Made by a program: the position numbers and the translations under genes | Notes under the pieces: generated by a model | Told to the model about the DNA's origin: nothing | Databases searched by the model: none | The model's input: only the letters and a program-made list of their open reading frames with translations | Shown: piece by piece, positions 52,340 to 60,914 of the stretch | How the letters are laid out: each line of letters starts with the position of its first letter | How positions within the stretch are numbered: the first letter of the stretch is position 1 | Source of the DNA: an uncultured delta proteobacterium | GTDB taxonomy: Bacteria; Myxococcota_A; Polyangia; Polyangiales; Houyiibacteriaceae | Direction: 5' to 3' | Length of the DNA: 64,000 bases | Assembly: GCA_963699755.1 (NCBI GenBank) | Contig: CAVOVB010000007.1 | Location: forward strand, 371,814 to 435,813

Positions 52340-52530
52340 GTAGTTGGTTGAACGGCTCAAAGAAGCTGGCGAACAAAGCGACGGTTGATCAATCTGATAT
52401 TCGTGGATCGGCCCGAAGGCCGCCGACATGGTCATCATCCGTCGGGAGCTCGCTCAGACTAGTGGCGCGAGTTGGGCACGGCCGTGCCTATCGCATAAAT
52501 GTTTCGAGGCTTGTCCTTCCCGTGGGGATG
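52340..52530 (-). ncRNA. Putative bridge RNA/seekRNA in the IS110 right end (limits approximate)
   Basis: Segments matching the target junction (11/12) and donor junction (7/7), separated by hairpins. Confidence 0.7.
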
Positions 52531-53697
52531 CTTGCCAGCTTCTTTGAACCGTTCAACAGGCGGGCCCGGCGTGTTCATCTCGGCTTCGCGCTGCCGCCCC
52601 ACGGCCCACACAAACCCGGCGAGCTCTCGACTCATCGCGGTCACCGTGACCTGGTGAGACTTGGCTCGGATCCTCATTCGCCCGTGTTTTCGGTAGAGAC
52701 GCTTTTGCGCCTCCCACGCCATGTCGACAATGGCTTGACTCTGCCCTTGCTGGCGCCGCTTGAGGCTTGGACTGCGGCGAGGCCGAAGACGTCCACAGAA
52801 CGCCGACTCCCCCAAGACCCGGCGAAGATGCGCATTGCCCGTCTTGGTGATGCCACCCTGGTGCCGGCGGCCGCCACTGGAGTGTTCGCTCGGGACCAAA
52901 CCCAGGTAGCCCATGAACTTTTGGGCGCTGGGAAATCGCTCAAACGAACCGACCTCGCTCACCACGGTCACCGCGGTAAGCATCGCCACCCCGCGAAGGC
53001 TTTGCAGGGCCAGGACCAGCTCTTGCATCCGTGGAGGCGCCTGCTCGACCGCGCGGTCAATCGCTCTGTCGAGCCGCGCCACGCGCTCGGTCGCATGCTG
53101 CACTTCGTTTTTGTAGTCCACAAACGTCTCCTCTTGCGCCGCATGGTCGAACACCTGCGAATCGAGCCATCGCCAATGCGCTTGGCCCCAGGCGCTGCTC
53201 TGCGTATCTCGACGGCGGCCCAGGCGAAGCAAGAATTTGCTAAGCCGGTGCCGAGCACGGAGCTGGTCTTTCTTGGCCGCCTCTCGAGCACGAACCAAAT
53301 CGCGCAACGCCTGGTGCTCGGCATCCGGCACAAAGATCGGAGTCAGTTCGCCTGCCCGGTAAGCCTGCGCCAGCTTGAGCGCATCGCGCTTGTCGGTCTT
53401 GATGCGATCGCCTGCCCGCACCGGCACCAACGTGGGCGCAATCACCTCGCACGCGAGGCCCATCTTATGCAGCTGCCAGTACAGTGCATAGCCGGTCGGT
53501 CCCGCCTCGTAGCAAACGCGAAGCGACTTCGCCCTGCCGAGCTTCTTCATCGCCTTGCGAATCGCATCGGGTTGATTCGGAATCGTCCCTACCCCGCGAC
53601 CACGACCACGGCTGCTTCCTTCCGCCACCGCCACGGTGATCGTGTCCGCGTGCACATCCAGTCCCACGTACGTCCAGCTTGCTGTATGGTTCGACAT
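52459..53697 (-). CDS. IS110-family DEDD transposase/recombinase
   Basis: 'VGLDVH', 'CYEAGPTG', 'KTDKRDA', 'GLVPSEHSSG', 'ITKTGN'. Confidence 0.96.
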   Translation of the reverse strand: MSNHTASWTYVGLDVHADTITVAVAEGSSRGRGRGVGTIPNQPDAIRKAMKKLGRAKSLRVCYEAGPTGYALYWQLHKMGLACEVIAPTLVPVRAGDRIKTDKRDALKLAQAYRAGELTPIFVPDAEHQALRDLVRAREAAKKDQLRARHRLSKFLLRLGRRRDTQSSAWGQAHWRWLDSQVFDHAAQEETFVDYKNEVQHATERVARLDRAIDRAVEQAPPRMQELVLALQSLRGVAMLTAVTVVSEVGSFERFPSAQKFMGYLGLVPSEHSSGGRRHQGGITKTGNAHLRRVLGESAFCGRLRPRRSPSLKRRQQGQSQAIVDMAWEAQKRLYRKHGRMRIRAKSHQVTVTAMSRELAGFVWAVGRQREAEMNTPGPPVERFKEAGKHPHGKDKPRNIYAIGTAVPNSRH

Positions 53698-53794
53698 GAC
53701 CGACTCCCTTCGTATGTAGCTCTGCGCTACGGTCTTTTCCGATTCGCAGCGCAAACTACGGTCTGCGATCGGAGTCGGTCGCTACATCTTGACT

Positions 53795-53838
53795 AGTGCC
53801 GCGAAATTCGGCACTCATCTTGAGCCCGATGAGCTAAG
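53795..53838 (+). repeat. Dispersed island repeat, copy A (IS110 target)
   Basis: AGTGCCGCGAAATTCGGCACTCATCTTGAGCCCGATGAGCTAAG. Confidence 0.75.
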
Positions 53839-53908
53839 GGAGCGACTACCGCCACTTCATAGTCGCGGCTTGTTATGAAGGCGAGGTGTTCGTGGGAGAG
53901 CCGCGCCC

Positions 53909-54751
53909 CTAGTTCGCGGGGATCACGGGAATCTCGATGTCGGGGCCTACGGTTTCGAAGATGCAGATTTCGTCGCTCCAGACGCCGAGCGGCATGCCGT
54001 CGAGCGTGAGCTCAAACAGGAAATCACCCGACCAGTTGATGACGACAGGGTCGAAGGAGGTCGGGGAAAGCTCGAGGGTGACCTCCGTCAGCGAACCAAG
54101 CACGGTGGAGTATTCGAAGCGAGTGGGGTCGCTAAAAAACGCCGCACCAAGAGGGGCTCCGACGAAGCTCGGATCGAGCGTCGTCGTCGCTTCCGACACG
54201 TTGGCGTGTCCGATCGCCGTCGAGGCAGAAAACAACGCCGACTCTCCCGCGTCCTGGAGGACGATGAAGAGCGGATCTTCGAATCGGACGATGTAGGAAA
54301 GTGTGGCGCTACCCGACCCATCCGATACCACCTCCAGGGTCAACGAGGCCCCGAACGTAACCGGGCCAATCGAAGTGGGGAAGAAGGTGCAACCGTCGTC
54401 ACCGAAACCGTTCAACTTCGTCGCGGCCCAGGTCGTCGACCACGTTCCAGCGGCCAGCGTGGGCTTGGGCTCGCACACGCTGTCGATGCAGATGCCGGGC
54501 TCGCCATCGAGGTCACACTCGGTCCCGTTCTCGAGCACGGGCTGCTGGTCGAGTGAGCACGTGAGACCTGGCTCGATGTTCCACGCGTCGGCGGTGCAAG
54601 GATTGTCATCCCGCTCTGCGCACGTCGTACACGGAAACTCGAACCGGTTCCCCTCTTCGTCGAAGTCGTAGCAGGTCGGGCTCTCGCACTGCGAAAGCCC
54701 GCTCAGGAGAGCGAAGCCGATCAGCAACGAAAGAACTCCCGCGAAACGCAC
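53909..54751 (-). CDS. Hypothetical exported Cys-rich protein
   Basis: Signal peptide, 'DDNPCTAD', 'ENGTECDLDGEPGICIDSVC', acidic beta-rich C-terminus. Confidence 0.7.
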   Translation of the reverse strand: MRFAGVLSLLIGFALLSGLSQCESPTCYDFDEEGNRFEFPCTTCAERDDNPCTADAWNIEPGLTCSLDQQPVLENGTECDLDGEPGICIDSVCEPKPTLAAGTWSTTWAATKLNGFGDDGCTFFPTSIGPVTFGASLTLEVVSDGSGSATLSYIVRFEDPLFIVLQDAGESALFSASTAIGHANVSEATTTLDPSFVGAPLGAAFFSDPTRFEYSTVLGSLTEVTLELSPTSFDPVVINWSGDFLFELTLDGMPLGVWSDEICIFETVGPDIEIPVIPAN

Positions 54752-54804
54752 GGATTGGAGGTTAGCGTGCTCGCAAAGAAATGGGAAGACTCCACAGTTC
54801 GACG

Positions 54805-54904
54805 CACGCCTCCCAAACCGGTCGCCGCCCTCTGCCCGTCGAGCCCCCTACCCGACATTTCAAACTTGGAAAACCGCCCGACGCTTCTATCCGGGTTTGA
54901 CATC
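54805..54904 (+). repeat. Orphan duplicate of the IS1202-like right end
   Basis: 97/100 identical to 56849-56948. Confidence 0.9.
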
Positions 54905-54968
54905 TGTAAGGCCAATATAGAAATGTCGGGTCTGTGCCAGATTCAAATGTCGGGTTCAGACCCCACCC

Positions 54969-56285
54969 ATGGATACGGAGCTCGTTCTCATGAGCCGGCG
55001 CGAGATCGAGCGTGCCGAAGTGATGCGGCAAATCGCCGAGCGTCGCATGACGCAGCGACAAGCGGCATTGACCCTGCAGCTAAGCGTCCGGCAGATCGAG
55101 CGGCTCTACGCGTCCTACAAGCGCGACGGTGCCGCCGGTCTGGCTTCCAAGAAGCGCGGCAGCCCAGGAAACAATCGCTACGACGACGTGATTCGAGGGA
55201 CGGCGCTCGGGATGATCCGACGCCACTACTCGGATTTCGGACCCACGTTGGCGCACGAGAAGCTCACGGAGCTTCACGGTTTCCCGATGTCGGTCGAAAC
55301 GGTGCGCCAATGGATGATCGACGACGGTCTGTGGATGACCCGCGCCGAGCGAAAGAAACGTGTCCAGCAGCCGCGGCATCGACGGGATTGCTACGGCGAG
55401 CTCATTCAGATCGACGGTTGCGACCATCCCTGGTTTGAAGACCGTGGTCCTCGTGCCGTGCTGCTCGTCTACGTGGACGACGCCACCGGCATGCTCATGG
55501 AGCTGCACATGCGTGAATCGGAATCGGCGTTCAGCTACTTCGAGGCAACTCGAAATTATCTCGAGCGCCACGGAAAACCGGTGGCGTTGTACAGCGACAA
55601 AGCCGGCGTGTTCCGCGTCCATGCGAGGAGCCCCAAGGCCGGCGACGGCTTCACGCAGTTTGGCCGCGCCATGAGCGACCTCAATATCGACGTCATCTGC
55701 GCCAATACCCCAGCCGCCAAAGGCCGGGTCGAGCGGGCGCACCAAACGCTCCAAGACCGGCTCGTCAAAGAGCTTCGGCTCGCGGGCGTGTGCAGCATCG
55801 AGGAAGCCAATGCCTTTCTCCCGCAATTCATGGCGGATTACAATCGGCGCTTCGGCCGCATGCCGCGCGTGGATCATGACGCACATCGAGCCCTTCTGCC
55901 CCAGGACATCCTCGAGGACGTCTTCACCTGGCAGGAAACGCGGAAGGTGACGCGCAATCTCACGTTTCGTTTCAAGCGCACGATGTATCTTCTAGAGCCG
56001 TCGAAGGCGGCGAAACGCGCCGCCGGAAAACACGTGACCGTGCATGAGCTCGAGGATGGTGCGCTCTTCATTCGCTTCGAAGGCAAGGAGCTCTCGGCCT
56101 GTGCTTTCGACAAAGATCGGCGTGTCAGCCAGGGCGCCATCGTCGAGAACAAGTTGCTCGGCGCTGCGCTCGAGCATATCCGCAAGCAACAGCAACACGA
56201 GGAGCTCGAAGCGACTCGATTGGCGTCAGCCAAGACCAAACGGGACAAGAGACTCATCCGGAACAAGTTCGCCGCCTACCGGTAG
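54969..56285 (+). CDS. ISNCY/IS1202-family DDE transposase
   Basis: 'YSDFGPTLAHEKL', 'GELIQIDGCDHPWFE', 'VDDATG', 'YSDK', 'AKGRVERAHQTLQDRLVKEL'. Confidence 0.95.
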   Translation: MDTELVLMSRREIERAEVMRQIAERRMTQRQAALTLQLSVRQIERLYASYKRDGAAGLASKKRGSPGNNRYDDVIRGTALGMIRRHYSDFGPTLAHEKLTELHGFPMSVETVRQWMIDDGLWMTRAERKKRVQQPRHRRDCYGELIQIDGCDHPWFEDRGPRAVLLVYVDDATGMLMELHMRESESAFSYFEATRNYLERHGKPVALYSDKAGVFRVHARSPKAGDGFTQFGRAMSDLNIDVICANTPAAKGRVERAHQTLQDRLVKELRLAGVCSIEEANAFLPQFMADYNRRFGRMPRVDHDAHRALLPQDILEDVFTWQETRKVTRNLTFRFKRTMYLLEPSKAAKRAAGKHVTVHELEDGALFIRFEGKELSACAFDKDRRVSQGAIVENKLLGAALEHIRKQQQHEELEATRLASAKTKRDKRLIRNKFAAYR

Positions 56286-56304
56286 AGCGGGTGCACAAGC
56301 CGTC

Positions 56305-56646
56305 CTAGGAGGCTTCGTCATCGATGAGCGGAGCATCGACGAGGTCGTCCACGCGGCTGTGATACTCGACGTGCACCCACTCTTTGAACAGCGCTAGCGT
56401 TCGGTTCTTCGGCCAAAGGGCCTCGTCGGTGTACCAGCTTTCGAGCTCGCTTTCGAACAGCAGCTCGTGGTTCAGCGCGATCCATTCCTCGACATCCTCG
56501 GGGTACGTGATGGGGTGGATCAAGTACACGGTCTGCTCATCCTGGCCTACCTGGATATCGGGGGAGTCGTCGTGCGGGTCCGCTTCGTTGATCCACCGCA
56601 CGAAGGGATCCTTGTAGCGCAGGATGATCGCGGTTCGATTGACCAT
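56305..56646 (-). CDS. Small acidic hypothetical passenger protein
   Basis: 'MVNRTAIILRYKDPFVRWIN...ELESWYTDEALWPKNRT..FKEW'; GGAGG RBS; lies inside the IS ends. Confidence 0.75.
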   Translation of the reverse strand: MVNRTAIILRYKDPFVRWINEADPHDDSPDIQVGQDEQTVYLIHPITYPEDVEEWIALNHELLFESELESWYTDEALWPKNRTLALFKEWVHVEYHSRVDDLVDAPLIDDEAS

Positions 56647-56946
56647 TGTGGGCCTCCTCGAGCCCTTGCGCGACGCTCTGCGGGCTCACCCCGTCCAGGG
56701 CAAGCCAAGCTCACGTTTGGCTTCGATCTCCGGCCGAAACGACGCGCGAGCGCCCCGAATCCCCGATGGCCGACGCCCTGCTCGGCCCTGCCGCACCGCC
56801 CTGCCCACAGCAAGGGCAAACACCAGTTCACCGGCCACCCCACCGGCCCACGCCTCCCAAACCGGTCGCCGCCCTCTGCCCGTCGAGCCCCCTTCCCGAC
56901 ATTTCAAACTGGGAGAACCGCCCGACGCTTCTATCCGGGTTTGACA

Positions 56947-56977
56947 TCGGCGCGCATCTTGAGCCCGATGGGCCAAG
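56947..56977 (+). repeat. Dispersed island repeat, copy B (abuts IS1202-like right end)
   Basis: TCGGCGCGCATCTTGAGCCCGATGGGCCAAG; 27/31 identical to copy A. Confidence 0.8.
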
Positions 56978-57012
56978 AGAGGGGTCGACACAACCCTGGG
57001 CAGCCAGCAAAG

Positions 57013-57804
57013 CTACCAGTCTTCCATCGGCATGCATTCAGACATCCAGCTCCACTCCACGTCGGTCATGAACCAGGTGTAGGCTTCGAGGTCGCTCACG
57101 CCCCATTCCTTGAAGCCGCGGACCCGCTCGAACAGGGCGGTGGCATGGTCACCACTGGGCTCATCGAGCAAGTCGTTGAAACACAGCATCAGGTCGCTGG
57201 GCTTTTCGGGCACCGATTCGAGGGCCCTGGGCAACCACTTGTGGTACGGGAAGAGCCTTCGATTGTGCGCCAGCAACAACCGGCCCGTGAATAGTGCGAG
57301 CTGACTGACCGCTCGCGTCAGCGTGTAGCGATTGTCGTGGCGTTCAGCCTCGTGGATGAGCCAATGCTGAATGAACGCCATGCTGTAGAAGGCCTTGATG
57401 CGCTCATCGTGCCCGGCCTCGGGATAGACAGGAATGCGTTGCAGAAGGGCATCCAGGCCGGAGACGTGCGAGTAGGCGAAGAAGGCACCCTCGAAGGCTG
57501 CGCGGGAAGGTTCATTTCCCTTTTCTGCTACGTCGTCGAGGTACGCGAGGTTGATGATTTTGCCGTCGACGTACCCGCCATCGTAGTCACAGAGGTCCTT
57601 GCGATTGATAAACAGATCGCGCTCGGCCAGGCGCCGCTCGAACACGTCGTCGGTCGCAATGATGAGGAAGTCTACATCCGAATCCTCGCGGGCGTAGCCT
57701 TTCGCGACAGAGCCCCCGATGATCAGCCCACGGAAACACGGATCGTCGCGGTAGGCGTCGGCCAGGCGGTCGATGGCTCGCCGGTGGTGGTCCCGCATCC
57801 TCAT
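57013..57804 (-). CDS. Pol-beta-superfamily nucleotidyltransferase with C-terminal helical domain
   Basis: 'IGGSVAKGYAREDSDVD', later 'YVD', 'PYHKW'. Confidence 0.85.
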   Translation of the reverse strand: MRMRDHHRRAIDRLADAYRDDPCFRGLIIGGSVAKGYAREDSDVDFLIIATDDVFERRLAERDLFINRKDLCDYDGGYVDGKIINLAYLDDVAEKGNEPSRAAFEGAFFAYSHVSGLDALLQRIPVYPEAGHDERIKAFYSMAFIQHWLIHEAERHDNRYTLTRAVSQLALFTGRLLLAHNRRLFPYHKWLPRALESVPEKPSDLMLCFNDLLDEPSGDHATALFERVRGFKEWGVSDLEAYTWFMTDVEWSWMSECMPMEDW

Positions 57805-57940
57805 GCCGGCAGTGTATCATGACGCGGCCCGCATCGCGTTTGCGCGGCCACGGCAGGTGAAAACTGTTCGACGAAGACAAAGTCATCTCGACTTCCCCTG
57901 CTTCCGAAGGGAGCCGTCTGAGGTTGCGCCCGAAAGAGGT

Positions 57941-58411
57941 TCAAGCGATTGAGGACAGCGCCTCGTCTAGCCTTCCGCCCACGCCGCGCATCACCCGCCC
58001 AAACACGCGAGCGTCTTGCGCGCTGAGGCCTTCCATCATGATCTTGACGACTTCGGCCTGCTCGCGGACCCCTTTCTTGAGGACGGCTCGCCCTTTGCGC
58101 GTGAGGTAGACACGGTATCCGCGCGCGTCGTCCGGGTCGCTTTCCCGCCTGATGAGCCCGAGCGCTTCGAGACGTTGCAACAGGGCCGTCACGTTGCTTT
58201 TCGCCACCAGGAGCCGGTCGGCGAGGCGCATTTGAGAGAGGCCTTCGTCGCGAGCGATGGCCAGCAGGACCTCGTAGCGCGCGATGCTGAGGTCGAGGAG
58301 CGCCAGTCGCGCGGTCAAAAGCCGCTGGCACTTCATGTAGGTTTTCACCACCTCCAGCCAAGAGGCGTACTCGGGGATGTCGTCCAGCTCGGAAATCCGC
58401 TTTTTCACCAC
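57941..58411 (-). CDS. MarR family transcriptional regulator
   Basis: 'LSQMRLADRL..AKSNVTALLQRLEALGLIRR..DPDDAR..RVYLT.KG'. Confidence 0.93.
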   Translation of the reverse strand: MVKKRISELDDIPEYASWLEVVKTYMKCQRLLTARLALLDLSIARYEVLLAIARDEGLSQMRLADRLLVAKSNVTALLQRLEALGLIRRESDPDDARGYRVYLTRKGRAVLKKGVREQAEVVKIMMEGLSAQDARVFGRVMRGVGGRLDEALSSIA

Positions 58412-58421
58412 ATCCCTAATT

Positions 58422-58439
58422 TAGTTCACTTGTGAACTA
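58422..58439. promoter_or_regulatory. Probable MarR operator
   Basis: TAGTTCAC-TT-GTGAACTA perfect IR about 10 bp upstream of the MarR start. Confidence 0.7.
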
Positions 58440-58535
58440 TTTGCAATGGGCTATCGAAGCAACGATCGCGCTGCCAAGCTGATCGCGGCACTGCCGGAAT
58501 GGCAATCGCGCGCCGTTTTGAACGCGCGCCCCGGA

Positions 58536-58778
<243 letters not shown>

Positions 58779-58796
58779 GAAAAGGGGGTTGTGCCC

Positions 58797-59042
58797 ATGG
58801 ACGACGTCCGTCGGGCTGCCGCCGCGCTACTTCATCGGGTAGCGGACGGCGGCGAAATCCCAATGTTGGTGCTGCGCGAGTTTGCGAACCTCGTGCTGCA
58901 CTCGGAGCTGGTTGCGGGTGCCCGCGCAGTGCTCGACGGGCCACCCGAGTTTGCCGTGAGGCGTGCGCTGGAGCTTGCGAGCGTTGTTCTGGCCGTCGGG
59001 GTGGGTGCGGAACGCGAACACACAAAGGGAGGGACGAAGTGA
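58797..59042 (+). CDS. Small hypothetical protein coupled to mobC
   Basis: 81 aa; GTGA stop/start overlap with next gene. Confidence 0.5.
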   Translation: MDDVRRAAAALLHRVADGGEIPMLVLREFANLVLHSELVAGARAVLDGPPEFAVRRALELASVVLAVGVGAEREHTKGGTK

Positions 59043-59386
59043 AAGGCGGCGGAGCACGGAAGCCGAAGTCACGAATCGTCTCGTTCCGTGTCGATGAGGA
59101 AGATTTCAGTCGGCTCGATACCCTCGCCCAGCAAACCAGCCACTCGCGTGCAGAGGTGCTCCGTCGATGTCTCGTGGGTGCTCGCCTGAAAAGCACCATC
59201 GATGCACAGGCGCTCACCGAGGTTGCACGGGTGCACGCCGACCTCAACCGCATCGGCGGCCTCCTCAAGCTCGCCATCCGAGAGGGCGTTTCTGATCGAT
59301 CGAGCCACAACAGGCTGAACCTCGAGCTCCTCGACTCCATCATCCAAGTCCGTCGAGCGGTGGAGCGGCTAGCGGGCCGTCGGTGA
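59039..59386 (+). CDS. Relaxosome accessory protein (MobC/TraJ-like, ribbon-helix-helix)
   Basis: 'IVSFRVDEEDFSRL...SRAEVLR', 'VHADLNRIGGLLKL'; overlaps relaxase start. Confidence 0.8.
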   Translation: MKGGGARKPKSRIVSFRVDEEDFSRLDTLAQQTSHSRAEVLRRCLVGARLKSTIDAQALTEVARVHADLNRIGGLLKLAIREGVSDRSSHNRLNLELLDSIIQVRRAVERLAGRR

Positions 59387-60630
59387 TTGTCCGGCACCAA
59401 CGTGCATCGGCAAGCAACAAAGGCTTTCGTCAGCTCGCGCGCTACATTCGAGGTCGAAGCGACAAGCCGCGAGCGACCTGGTTCCTGGCTGCCAATCTTC
59501 CTGGCGTGACCGGGACCCGTGACCTCGAGCTGGCGTGCCGACTCGTCGAGGCTGTGAACGCGCAGAACACCCGCGCGGGCAGCAACCGTACCTACCACCT
59601 CGTCGTCTCGCTTCACCCGGAGGACCGAAGCCTCGACGGGAACGAGCTCAGGCGTGTTGTGGAAAACCTTGTGGAGACGTTGGGGTTTGCCGGTCACCAG
59701 TACATCGCCGCCCGTCACAACGACAAAGACCACGAACACGTGCACGTGGCCATCCACAAGATTCATCCGGAGACCTTTCGCATTCACTCGCCAGCCTGGG
59801 ATCACCAGAAGCTCTTCACCGCGGGCCGTGCGCTCGAACGAGAGCTCGGACTCACGCCGCTTCAGTCCAAGGTGCGCGATCGTGAGAAAGTCCCGCAGAG
59901 AGCAGCGGACCACGAAGCTCAGCACGGGATCGACAGCTTTGCTCGCTGGGCCCGGAACGAGCTAGGTCCCGCACTTCGAGCCGGGCAGCTGCGGAGCTGG
60001 GACGATGTTCACGACGTGTGCGCCAGTCTTGGTGTCGTGCTTCGCCCGCATGGCAACGGCCTCGTCTTCGAGGACGTCGAGCAAGGCATGCGAGTGAAGG
60101 CCTCTTTTGTAGATCGCCAGCTCAGCAAGCCCCGCCTCTGCAAACGGTTCGGAGACTTCCAGCCAACGCCAGGGCATCAGCTGGAAGCCGCAAGAACCGC
60201 GACCCTGCGATACTCCCCCGCCCCGGCCATCGCGCCGCAGGGCTTGTGGAAGGAATACGAGCAGTCTCTCGACCAGGCCCGAAGGCAGCGCCGACACGCC
60301 TGGAGCAGCTACCGAGACACCGCCTCTCGCGAGCGTCGGCGGCTCAAAGAGAAGTATCGAAACCAGCGAGGTCTCCTCGCCGCCCTACCCGTGTCGGGCC
60401 GCGACCGAAAACGGCTTTCACAACAACTGGCGCTCCGCCGAGCCATCGAATCCCGGGCCCTCAAGCGGAAGCTCGCAGTCCAACGGAAGGCGATTCAGAA
60501 GACTCCGCACCCTGGCACATGGCGTCATTTCGTCGCCAGTCGCGCCGCGCAGCGCGACGCCCGTGCGATTCGAATTCTACAGCGACCAGAGCGGGAGCTA
60601 GGCCGTTCCAACGAAGAAAGAGAGTTGTGA
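59383..60630 (+). CDS. MOB-P type (TraI-like) relaxase
   Basis: 'LARYI', 'TYHLVVSL', 3H motif 'HNDKDHEHVHVAIHKIHP', 'GNGLVF', 'VKAS'. Confidence 0.9.
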   Translation: MIVRHQRASASNKGFRQLARYIRGRSDKPRATWFLAANLPGVTGTRDLELACRLVEAVNAQNTRAGSNRTYHLVVSLHPEDRSLDGNELRRVVENLVETLGFAGHQYIAARHNDKDHEHVHVAIHKIHPETFRIHSPAWDHQKLFTAGRALERELGLTPLQSKVRDREKVPQRAADHEAQHGIDSFARWARNELGPALRAGQLRSWDDVHDVCASLGVVLRPHGNGLVFEDVEQGMRVKASFVDRQLSKPRLCKRFGDFQPTPGHQLEAARTATLRYSPAPAIAPQGLWKEYEQSLDQARRQRRHAWSSYRDTASRERRRLKEKYRNQRGLLAALPVSGRDRKRLSQQLALRRAIESRALKRKLAVQRKAIQKTPHPGTWRHFVASRAAQRDARAIRILQRPERELGRSNEEREL

Positions 60631-60709
60631 GATGCGAGGAGACGGAGTGGAGACGCAGATTGGCGAGCCAACTGCGGTCTAGAGTGCGCCGCAAATCGAC
60701 ACAACATTG

Positions 60710-60753
60710 AGTACCGCGCAATTCGGCGCTTAGAATTGTCCCCAGGGGCTAAG
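60710..60753 (+). repeat. Dispersed island repeat, copy D
   Basis: AGTACCGCGCAATTCGGCGCTTAGAATTGTCCCCAGGGGCTAAG; 31/44 ungapped identity to copy A. Confidence 0.65.
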
Positions 60754-60914
60754 AGGCCCGCGACTGCTCACGTTTCCGGACTGCAGTTGAAACGACCCCA
60801 CCCAGGTGGCGTTCGGCCGTCATCCGTCGGCGGCTGCGACTGCCGAGCTCGTTGGGAAAAGGCGGCAAGAGTCGTGCTCGACGCCAGCCCGGGTGAGGTC
60901 GTGTACGGCACGCT

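Larger units (their letters stand above)
52278..53794 (-). mobile_element. IS110-family (IS1111-type) insertion sequence, complete
   Basis: 12-bp subterminal IRs ATGTAGCGACCG (52283-52294) / CGGTCGCTACAT (53776-53787); CT core dinucleotide at both junctions; long 3' non-coding end. Confidence 0.9.
54905..56946 (+). mobile_element. IS1202-like (ISNCY) element carrying a passenger gene
   Basis: Ends TGT...ACA; imperfect IRs TGTAAGGCCAATATAGAAATGTCGGG / TGTCAAACCCGGATAGAAGCGTCGGG; internal AAATGTCGGG repeats. Confidence 0.85.

Noticed and set aside
53800..53880. Canonical integron attC after the 53909..54751 gene (minus-strand CATAACAAGCCGC start)
   Set aside because: No matching GTTRRRY end at a suitable distance and no intI in the window.
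57912..57945. TTGCGCCCGA after the MarR stop, resembling the repeat core
   Set aside because: Only about 9 matching bases and no arm similarity.
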